Positions 8,696 through 14,888 of a DNA stretch of 32,000 nucleotides are shown here, in pieces. This stretch comes from Dokdonella fugitiva (GTDB lineage Bacteria; Pseudomonadota; Gammaproteobacteria; Xanthomonadales; Rhodanobacteraceae). The translations under genes and the position numbers were made by a program. The notes under the pieces are model-generated. The model was not told where the DNA came from and ran no database searches. It was given only the letters and a program-made list of their open reading frames with translations. The stretch lies in the NCBI RefSeq assembly GCF_004342425.1, contig NZ_SLWQ01000005.1:253476-285475 (forward strand), given 5' to 3'. The stretch's first letter is position 1, and every line of letters starts with the position of its first letter.

Positions 8696-8901
8696 CGCGA
8701 GCCCCCGATGCGCTGCGGGTCGTGCTTCGGCGCGTTGCTGTGGTCGTGGTTTCCGCGGTCGTGCGCGGCGGCATTGCCGGTAGCGTCGACCGGGCGCATG
8801 CCCTCCGCGACGAGGCCGGCGCCGGGATTCGATGCGGGCGCGGCCGGCGCGTGCGCGGCGCTTGCGCCGTTCACGAGTGCCTGAGGATTGAAACCTTTCA
8901 T
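8692..8901 (-). CDS. hypothetical small low-complexity protein, 69 aa
   Basis: ATG at 8901 with AGAGG about 11 nt upstream, and a 4-nt overlap with the next gene. Composition is Ala/Pro/His-rich, so coding status is uncertain. Confidence 0.35.
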   Translation of the reverse strand: MKGFNPQALVNGASAAHAPAAPASNPGAGLVAEGMRPVDATGNAAAHDRGNHDHSNAPKHDPQRIGGSR

Positions 8902-8952
8902 GGGTGCGTGCCTCTTTTGTCGTTCGCCGCGAACCGCGCGGCAGCGGGTTTG

Positions 8953-9147
8953 CTATACAGGCCTCGCCGTGCGCGGCGTGAGCGTCAGCGCAATGATCGG
9001 CGCGCGTGGATTGGCCGCTTTGGCCGCGGCGAGGTCGCGCTCGCTTGGGGAGTACAGGACAACGGCGGACTGCGGCAGATCGCGAGTCGCGCGCACGCGC
9101 TCGAGGCGCCGCTCGATCCGCGCAAGCCGGGAGCGCATGCCCCTCAT
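8953..9147 (-). CDS. hypothetical small protein, 64 aa, N-terminal RLARIERRLE motif
   Basis: ATGA overlap with the upstream ORF at 9144-9147. Its N-terminal motif is shared with the neighbouring 100-aa ORF. Confidence 0.4.
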   Translation of the reverse strand: MRGMRSRLARIERRLERVRATRDLPQSAVVLYSPSERDLAAAKAANPRAPIIALTLTPRTARPV

Positions 9148-9446
9148 GCCGACGCCCTCCGCTCGAGGTCAGCGAGTTCGATCTGCTGATCGCGCGCCAG
9201 GCGCGACCACGTGTCGGCGTCGATCACGGCCGGCACGAGCAGGCCACGTCCGACGATGTGCCCGTCCGCCAGCCGGCGCGCCGACGCAGCGTGCGCGGGC
9301 ATGCCGCGCCGCTCGCACGCGGCGGCCTCGCGCAGCACGTCTCGGCGCACGCCTTCGGGCACAGGCGCGCATTCGGCGCCGCCATGTCGCGCGCGCTTCG
9401 CTTCCAGCGCGCCGAGTCGGCGAATCAGGTCACGACGCATCGGCAT
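9144..9446 (-). CDS. hypothetical protein, 100 aa, N-terminal RRLGALEAKR motif
   Basis: GGAGGGAA lies immediately upstream of ATG 9446. There is a 17-nt overlap with the upstream DUF5681 ORF. Confidence 0.45.
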   Translation of the reverse strand: MPMRRDLIRRLGALEAKRARHGGAECAPVPEGVRRDVLREAAACERRGMPAHAASARRLADGHIVGRGLLVPAVIDADTWSRLARDQQIELADLERRASA

Positions 9447-9852
9447 TTCCCTCCAGCTCGGCCAGCCGGCGCTCGATCTCGTCCGCCTGGCGAATGTCCG
9501 AGCAACCGCGCAGTGCGGCGATCAGCTCGGCCGCGACGTCGGGCGCCAGTTCGCCAGCCGCGGCGGCGCGCACGAGCGCCTGCGCGGCCTCTGCCGGCGT
9601 CGTGGCGTTCGCAGCCGACTCGACCACGATGGGCTCGCGCGTCGCGCGCAGGGGCGGCGCCACGCGCGAGAGCACGAGCGCAATCGCGGCAACGTCGCCG
9701 TTGCGCGCGCGGTGAAGCAACGCCTGCAGGACGTCAGGCATCGCGCCATCGAACGCTTGGCGAATGCGCGAACGCTTGTCGACGATGCCGCGCGGCCGCC
9801 CCTTCGGGTTGCCAGACTGCCCCGGCTTGAAGGGCCTTCCACGCTCAGCCAT
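9430..9852 (-). CDS. DUF5681-type protein, candidate small-terminase-like (TerS-like)
   Basis: The N-terminal GRPFKPGQSGNPKGRPRG is the DUF5681 signature as I recall it, a family often seen at the terS position in phages and GTA-like elements. Start moved to ATG 9852 (GGAGCAGCAC upstream) rather than the listed GTG 9867. Confidence 0.6.
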   Translation of the reverse strand: MAERGRPFKPGQSGNPKGRPRGIVDKRSRIRQAFDGAMPDVLQALLHRARNGDVAAIALVLSRVAPPLRATREPIVVESAANATTPAEAAQALVRAAAAGELAPDVAAELIAALRGCSDIRQADEIERRLAELEGNADAS

Positions 9853-10474
9853 GTGCTGCTCCCTCACTGTTTATATCAGCGCCGCCCGGCGTGTGTTCGG
9901 CGTCACGGATTCCGTACGCTTCGCTAGCAGCGGCTCTGATCTCAGTCACTGTGTCGTAGAGGAGGCCGCCCTGAGCCATCAGGGAATCAAACTCAGCACG
10001 ATTGCGTGCGATCGCATCGCGCTGCTCCTGCGGTGCGCAGTCGAAAAAAACGTTCGCAGGAATTTCCTCGATAAACTTCGCATCGTGACGCTCAAACGCG
10101 ATTTCGGCTTCGGCTCGAACGTGATCTCCCACTGAGTATTTCGCGACAACAAACTCGTGTAGGGGTTCGCCTTCGCAGGCGCAAGGGAAGAATTTGCTCA
10201 GCATCACTATCGACGGCGATGCGAAGATCCTCTCGGGAACTAGCGCCATGGTTTGCCAAGCGCTGAATACGGCGGGCTTCTCCCGAACATCGAATGCATA
10301 CACCCCCCAACCGGTCTGGAGGTAACAAAGCAACAAGGCGACGCGGTCACAAGCATTCGACTGCCAGGGCCCGAGCCTGGACACGCGGTGTTCCAAGCGA
10401 TACGCGTTCCTCATCCTGCCCAAACCCCGAATGAAAACGGCGTTCCTCATGGCTTGCTGGTGCTGCTCAGACAT
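9845..10474 (-). CDS. orphan hypothetical protein, 209 aa, in a lower-GC patch (candidate accessory cargo)
   Basis: GGGAG lies 8 nt upstream of ATG 10474. The 60-nt lines at 10081, 10141 and 10201 count 53, 55 and 57% GC, against 73% for the line at 11041. No motif recognised. Confidence 0.6.
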   Translation of the reverse strand: MSEQHQQAMRNAVFIRGLGRMRNAYRLEHRVSRLGPWQSNACDRVALLLCYLQTGWGVYAFDVREKPAVFSAWQTMALVPERIFASPSIVMLSKFFPCACEGEPLHEFVVAKYSVGDHVRAEAEIAFERHDAKFIEEIPANVFFDCAPQEQRDAIARNRAEFDSLMAQGGLLYDTVTEIRAAASEAYGIRDAEHTPGGADINSEGAAHG

Positions 10475-10525
10475 CTCATCGGCTCCCGAAAACTGCGCTG
10501 CTCCAAATCCCCATACCCCTAGGGA

Positions 10526-10594
10526 TTAATTCGGCGCACATGCGCGCGCCGATTAACCCAATGCGCCTAACCCGTATTCGGCGCATTCGGCGCA
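10526..10594. promoter_or_regulatory. iteron-like repeat cluster / palindromic operator at the 3' end of the ATPase gene (candidate ori)
   Basis: ATTCGGCGCA occurs at 10529-10538, 10576-10585 and 10585-10594. There is an imperfect palindrome TTAATTCGGCGC (10526-10537) / GCGCCGATTAA (10546-10556). ATGCGC recurs three times, and the palindrome CCCTAGGG lies at 10517-10524. Confidence 0.45.
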
Positions 10595-11763
10595 TGCGCC
10601 CGGATCGCGTACCGCCGCCGCACCTTTCGCTGCGGGGTCAGGTACTCCTCGCGCACGAGCTCGCCGGAATCCTCGAGGCGCGCCAGGGCGGCCCAGAAAC
10701 GCGGCTTGGCCCGCAGCGCCGAAGGGAAGCCGGGGAGGTCTACGGCGGTCGTGTACGTCGTGGCGCAGCCGGTGCGGTGGCAGCCGATGACGTCGCCGCG
10801 CACGATGGCTGCGCGCAGGCAGTGCAGCAGCAACAAGTCGTCGCCGCCGGTGGCGTCCCCGGCAGCCGCCGGCAGCGGGACGCCTGCCGCGTTGACGCGA
10901 AGCGGGATCGAGTCAACGCGGCGGCACAGGTTCGCCTTCTCGTGCCGCAGCTCGAGCGCGCCGTCGCTGTCGACGAGCGCGAGGCGCGAGCGCGCGCTGT
11001 TGTGCCACGCGGTGCTTCCGCTGAACGTGTTTCCGCTCGCCCCGTGCCGCGCAGCGTGCTTGTCGACGTGCACGAGCAACAACACCGCGGCGCCGGCGTC
11101 GCGCCCGATCTTGGCGAGCGCGCGGACGAACGTGCGGACCTGCCGGCGATCGTTCTCGTTCGCGTCGTACGCGTCGGATGCATTGTCGATCACGACGAGC
11201 GCCGCATCGGCGGCCGCATCGCGAACCTGGTGCATCGTCGAGGTCGGCTCGAGCACGGCACGCCCGGCGATGACGAGTTCGTACGCGAGCGCGGTTGCAT
11301 CGGCCTCGGTTCCGTCGAGGATGATGAGACTGCGCGCGACGGCGAACGCGTCGAGCTGGTAGGCGTCGCAGATCGCGCGCAGGCGCCAGCGGACAAGCTC
11401 GCCGGGATCTTCCAGCGAGACGAACACCGCGCGCCCCTGCGCGCACGCGAGTGAGGCCCACGGCACGCCGGCGGCAACATGGGCAGCGATCGCGAGCGCG
11501 AGCGTGCTCTTGCCCGTGCCGCCGTGCCCGCCGAGCAGCGTGACGTGTCCGCGCGGAACGATGCGGTCGACGACGAACTCGGGCGCCTGCAGGGTCGCGG
11601 CGGCGAGATCGCCCACCTCGACGACGCGCAGCGATGCCTCGACGGTCATCGCCGGCGCCGGGCGCAACCATCGGCGCGCATTGTCGAGCCGAGCGAGGTC
11701 GCGTTCAGACAGTTCGTCGATGTCGCGCAGGCGTCGCGGCAACAACTCGGGAGCGGCGCTCAT
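10567..11763 (-). CDS. RepA/AAA_25-type (RecA-fold) replicative ATPase/helicase-like protein
   Basis: Walker A GGHGGTGKST and Walker B-like ALVVIDNASD. Start set at ATG 11763, which overlaps the upstream stop (ATGA). The Arg-rich 11764-12042 extension is rejected. Confidence 0.8.
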   Translation of the reverse strand: MSAAPELLPRRLRDIDELSERDLARLDNARRWLRPAPAMTVEASLRVVEVGDLAAATLQAPEFVVDRIVPRGHVTLLGGHGGTGKSTLALAIAAHVAAGVPWASLACAQGRAVFVSLEDPGELVRWRLRAICDAYQLDAFAVARSLIILDGTEADATALAYELVIAGRAVLEPTSTMHQVRDAAADAALVVIDNASDAYDANENDRRQVRTFVRALAKIGRDAGAAVLLLVHVDKHAARHGASGNTFSGSTAWHNSARSRLALVDSDGALELRHEKANLCRRVDSIPLRVNAAGVPLPAAAGDATGGDDLLLLHCLRAAIVRGDVIGCHRTGCATTYTTAVDLPGFPSALRAKPRFWAALARLEDSGELVREEYLTPQRKVRRRYAIRAHAPNAPNTG

Positions 11764-12194
11764 GCGGTCAGTACCTCGCGCGCGCATTGGATGCGGTCGA
11801 TCGCCTCGCGCAGCCGCGCGATGTCGTCGGCGTCGAACAAGGCACCATCTTCGATGGCCTTGGCAGCCGCGAGCGCGACGGCGCTCTCGCGTGCGAGCAC
11901 GCGCACCGCCGCGGACCAATCCGCATCGCGCGCAGCGCGGCGGCGCTCCTCTCGCGCCATTGGCGAGTGATCGCCCAGGCGGGCAGCGAAGAGGTCCGCG
12001 ACGCTGAGCCCGACAGCGCCCACGACGTCGGCGACCGGGCATCCACTGAAACAGTGGGCCAACACGCGTCCGTCATCACCGACGGCGATCGACAGCGAGG
12101 CGGTGCGATCGTCATGCGCCGGGCAACGCGCTGTCCAGCCGTTACCGCTGCGGCGGACGCCGATCAAGCGCGACAGCAGTGCGTCGACGCTCAA
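11760..12194 (-). CDS. primase-type zinc-finger protein (CHC2-like), no catalytic primase domain evident
   Basis: The motif WTARCPAHDDRTASLSI..HCFSGC is a typical primase/helicase-loader zinc ribbon. A TTG start overlaps the upstream stop (TTGA at 12191-12194). Confidence 0.65.
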   Translation of the reverse strand: MSVDALLSRLIGVRRSGNGWTARCPAHDDRTASLSIAVGDDGRVLAHCFSGCPVADVVGAVGLSVADLFAARLGDHSPMAREERRRAARDADWSAAVRVLARESAVALAAAKAIEDGALFDADDIARLREAIDRIQCAREVLTA

Positions 12195-12628
12195 GCGAAG
12201 TGCCTGCGGCTCTCGCGGCGATCCGCGACGCGCCGATGGTCAGCGAGGGCGCGCAGCAGCCCGTCAGCCGCGGCCTTCCACTCGGGGATGCGCGCGAGGC
12301 CACGGTCCGACCCCAGCCGGCGCACGGCAACGCGAAGCTGCGTCAGGCGGCGCGACGACGCCGGATAGCGCAGCGCGCTGAGCGCGTCGCATATGGTGCG
12401 CATGCTCTCGACATCGGCGGCGATGACCGCGGCGCGCAATGCGTCGCGCACGTCGGAGAGCAGGGCGGCAACGGCGCGATCGGTCTTGCCGTTCGGGAGA
12501 CGGACATGCGCAGCCAGGGCGACAGAGGCGCGGCCGAGCTCTTGCGACGCGCGGTGATGCGCGAACAGCGCGCGAAACGCGGCCTCGAGCGCTGCCGCGC
12601 GATCTGCGGAGCGAAGCGGCGCGCTCAT
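12191..12628 (-). CDS. hypothetical helical protein, 145 aa
   Basis: Start set at ATG 12628, overlapping the alpA stop (ATGA at 12625-12628). No motif recognised. Confidence 0.5.
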   Translation of the reverse strand: MSAPLRSADRAAALEAAFRALFAHHRASQELGRASVALAAHVRLPNGKTDRAVAALLSDVRDALRAAVIAADVESMRTICDALSALRYPASSRRLTQLRVAVRRLGSDRGLARIPEWKAAADGLLRALADHRRVADRRESRRHFA

Positions 12629-12849
12629 GCGGCCGCCTTGCGTGCACGCGACGCCGCAACGCGGTCGGCGATCCATGCACACACTTCCGCTTCACGCCAA
12701 GCGGCGCACCGCTCCGAAATCTTGATCGGTGCCGGAAACTTGCGCTGCGCGACGAGCGCGTAGGTCTGTGACCGGCCCAAGCCGGTGAGGTGCATGACCT
12801 CGCGCAGCCGAATGAGGCGCTGGGTGGCAAGCTCTTGCATGGGGCGCAC
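12625..12849 (-). CDS. alpA: AlpA-family transcriptional regulator/excisionase-like protein
   Basis: 74 aa. LIRLREVMHLTGLGRSQTYALVAQRKFPAPIKISERCAAWREAEVCAWI is the AlpA signature. Confidence 0.8.
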   Translation of the reverse strand: MRPMQELATQRLIRLREVMHLTGLGRSQTYALVAQRKFPAPIKISERCAAWREAEVCAWIADRVAASRARKAAA

Positions 12850-12888
12850 CTTGTTGGGATCAGGTGCGTCCAGAATCGTCCGGCGCGC

Positions 12889-13018
12889 GTTGACACTCCA
12901 TCGCGCCGAATCAGCGGCCTTGCAGCTATCGGATCAACGACTTGCGCTGTAGCTCGGCACGCGCGATCTGCGCAAGGCCTTGATTTTCCGTGTTGACAGT
13001 CCTCAACGATCCGTCAAC
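12889..13018. promoter_or_regulatory. repeated GTTGACA(C/G)TCC boxes in the int-alpA intergenic region (candidate operator)
   Basis: GTTGACACTCC at 12889-12899 and GTTGACAGTCC at 12992-13002 match at 10 of 11 positions. An inverted GTCAAC lies at 13013-18, 15 nt from the second box. Confidence 0.35.
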
Positions 13019-14225
13019 GCGCTGCGCGCATGGGCACGACGTTCGAACCCGAGCGCAGCGCATCGAGGTAGTCGGCCCACGCCTGCATCATCCTGATGCG
13101 CTCCTTGAGATACATCGCGCGGTTGTAGACGGCGCGCACCTTGTTTCGCTCGGCGTGCGCGAGCTGGCGCTCGATCACGTCAGGCGACCACCCCATTTCG
13201 TTCAAACGCGTCGAGGCCATCGCGCGGAACCCGTGCGCCGTCATCGTGTCGCCGTCGTAGCCGAGCCGGCGCAGAGCAGCCGTGATGGTGTTCTCGCTCA
13301 TGGGCCGGTCAGGCGTCCGCAAGCTCGGGAACACGTAGCGGCGCGATCCCGTGAGCGGTTGAATCGCACGCAGAATCGCGACCGCCTGCGTAGCGAGCGG
13401 CACCACGTGCCCCTCGCGCATCTTCATCCGGCTGGCCGGGATGCGCCATTCGTGCGCGTCGAGGTCGACCTCCGCCCACTCCATCGCTCGCAGCTCGCCG
13501 GGACGCACGAACAGCAGCGCCGAAAGCTTGAGCGCAGCGGCCGTCGTCGGCTGTCCGATGTAGCCGTCGAGCGCGCGGAGCAGCTCGGCGACCTTCGAGG
13601 GATCCGTTATCGCAGCATGCGATGTCGCGACGACGGGCGCGAGCGCGCCGCGTAGGTCGGCAGTCGGGTCGCGCATCGCGCGTCCGGTCGCGACCGCGTA
13701 GCGGAATACCTGGCTCGCCTTCTGGCGCGCGCGATGCGCGGTCTCGATCGTCCCAGCGGACTCGATGCGCCGGAGTGCGGCCAGCACATCCGGCGCGGCG
13801 ATCGCCGCAATGGGCATCGCGTGAATCGGCGCGAGCAACCCGAGCAGCCATTGCGCCTTCGCGCGCGTGACCGGCGCGAGCGCGTCCTTCTGCCGCGCGA
13901 GCCACTCGTCGGCGATCGCCCGAAAGCTTTCCGCTGCCCCGACTCGAGCGGCGACCTTGCGAGCGCGCCGCGCCTGCGATGGGTCGACACCCTCGCGCAA
14001 CAATGCGCGCGCCTCGTCGCGACGCTGGCGCGCTTCGGCGAGCGAGACCTCGGGGTATGCGCCGAACGAGAGCAGCAGCTCCTTTCCGGCGAAACGGTAC
14101 TTCATGCGCCACAGACGCGAGCCGCTCTGCCTCACGAGCAGAAACAGGCCGCCACCGTCGAACAGCTTCCCAGGTGCCGCGCTCTTGATCGCGAGCGCCG
14201 TCAGCTTTCCCATGCGCGCCGTCAC
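13014..14225 (-). CDS. int: P4/CP4-57-type tyrosine integrase
   Basis: N-terminus KLTALAIKSAAPGKLFDGGGLFLLV..RLWRMKYRFAGKE..FGAYPEVSLAEAR, and catalytic motifs VRPGELR, HGFRAMAST and RAVYNRA. It directly abuts the tRNA-Leu 3' end. The listed start is GTG 14225, with an alternative ATG at 14213. Confidence 0.9.
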   Translation of the reverse strand: MTARMGKLTALAIKSAAPGKLFDGGGLFLLVRQSGSRLWRMKYRFAGKELLLSFGAYPEVSLAEARQRRDEARALLREGVDPSQARRARKVAARVGAAESFRAIADEWLARQKDALAPVTRAKAQWLLGLLAPIHAMPIAAIAAPDVLAALRRIESAGTIETAHRARQKASQVFRYAVATGRAMRDPTADLRGALAPVVATSHAAITDPSKVAELLRALDGYIGQPTTAAALKLSALLFVRPGELRAMEWAEVDLDAHEWRIPASRMKMREGHVVPLATQAVAILRAIQPLTGSRRYVFPSLRTPDRPMSENTITAALRRLGYDGDTMTAHGFRAMASTRLNEMGWSPDVIERQLAHAERNKVRAVYNRAMYLKERIRMMQAWADYLDALRSGSNVVPMRAAR

Positions 14226-14229
14226 GTGC

Positions 14230-14281
14230 GTACCCCCGCAGACAGGGCCAACGCAGGCCCGATACCCCGGACGATACCCCC
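14230..14281. repeat. three (G/A)TACCCC boxes between int and the tRNA (candidate integrase arm-type sites)
   Basis: GTACCCCC at 14230-14237, GATACCCC at 14261-14268 and GATACCCC at 14273-14280. They have the same orientation as the boxes at 5399 and 7882. Confidence 0.4.
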
Positions 14282-14395
14282 AAGGCTCGCCGGATTCAAC
14301 CGAACGCTCGCGGACCCTACTGGACGAAATACCGCTCGATTTATGGCCTTTTCACGCAGACGCCGGACGTTGGCGGACCGTTGTGGAGGCTGCTT

Positions 14396-14482
14396 TGGTG
14401 CCCGGACCCGGACTCGAACCGGGATGACCTTGCGGTCGAGGGATTTTAAGTCCCTTGCGGCTACCGATTTCGCCATCCGGGC
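14396..14482 (-). tRNA. tRNA-Leu (anticodon UAA), type II with long variable arm
   Basis: The reverse complement folds as a cloverleaf. Acceptor is GCCCGGA/TCCGGGC, anticodon arm AGGGA-CTTAAAA-TCCCT, T arm CCCGG-TTCGAGT-CCGGG, and CCA is encoded. Confidence 0.9.
14398..14411. repeat. proximal att direct repeat within the tRNA-Leu 3' end
   Basis: GTGCCCGGACCCGG, identical to 5325-5338. Confidence 0.7.
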
Positions 14483-14589
14483 AGCGCACGAGGCGATGGT
14501 AGCGTCTGCGCGCCTGGATCGCGCGCGCCGGGATGCCGCGCCTCGGGACATGGCGCCGGCCCGTGCGCGGGCTGGCGGATCGCGGGCAC

Positions 14590-14613
14590 AAAAAAACCCG
14601 CATCGCTGCGGGT
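14590..14613 (-). terminator. terminator-like hairpin between tRNA-Cys and tRNA-Leu
   Basis: Minus-strand stem ACCCGCA / TGCGGGT with a 4-nt loop, followed by TTTTTTT (A-run 14590-14596 on plus). Confidence 0.55.
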
Positions 14614-14650
14614 CCTTTTGGCCACCGGCATCGCGGGTGCGCGGCGCGGA

Positions 14651-14724
14651 TGGAGGCTTGGGTCGGAATCGAACCGGCGTACGCGGATTTGCAGTCCGCT
14701 GCATGACCACTCTGCCACCAAGCC
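14651..14724 (-). tRNA. tRNA-Cys (anticodon GCA)
   Basis: Acceptor GGCTTGG/CCAAGCC and anticodon arm GCGGA-CTGCAAA-TCCGC. The T arm has one C-A mismatch. CCA is encoded. Confidence 0.85.
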
Positions 14725-14762
14725 GTGGCTGTCGCGTGCCGTGCATCTTGCGACGTCCGGCA

Positions 14763-14793
14763 GAAAAACGAAACCCCGGCGTGCCGGGGTTTC
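14763..14793 (-). terminator. terminator-like hairpin between tRNA-Gly and tRNA-Cys
   Basis: An 11-bp perfect stem GAAACCCCGGC / GCCGGGGTTTC (14770-14793), followed on the minus strand by GTTTTTC. Confidence 0.5.
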
Positions 14794-14801
14794 ATCGAAA
14801 C

Positions 14802-14877
<76 letters not shown>

Positions 14878-14888
14878 GTGGGACGCGC

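Larger units (their letters stand above)
5325..14411. mobile_element. ~9.1-kb integrative island at the 3' end of tRNA-Leu(UAA); two tyrosine integrases; phage-satellite-like gene content
   Basis: The 14-bp direct repeat GTGCCCGGACCCGG occurs at 5325-5338 and 14398-14411, the latter inside the tRNA 3' end. A P4-type integrase abuts the tRNA. The content is AlpA x2, a replication module and a TerS-like gene, with no structural phage genes. Confidence 0.75.

Noticed and set aside
7504-8774. ORFs 7504..8289 (261 aa), 7830..8774 (314 aa) and 7917..8546 (209 aa)
   Set aside because: These are Arg-rich shadow frames overlapping the 7955..8695 ORF. Only 7955..8695 is coupled to its neighbour, ends before the terminator, and has a protein-like composition.
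11764-12042. Upstream 93 codons of the 491-aa ATPase ORF
   Set aside because: The translation is Arg-rich and overlaps the zinc-finger gene. ATG 11763 forms an ATGA junction with that gene's stop.
12993-12998. Consensus TTGACA hexamers inside the repeated boxes as plus-strand -35 elements
   Set aside because: No acceptable -10 hexamer lies 16-18 nt downstream of either copy. Plus-strand transcription here would be antisense to int-2. They are kept only as candidate operator boxes.
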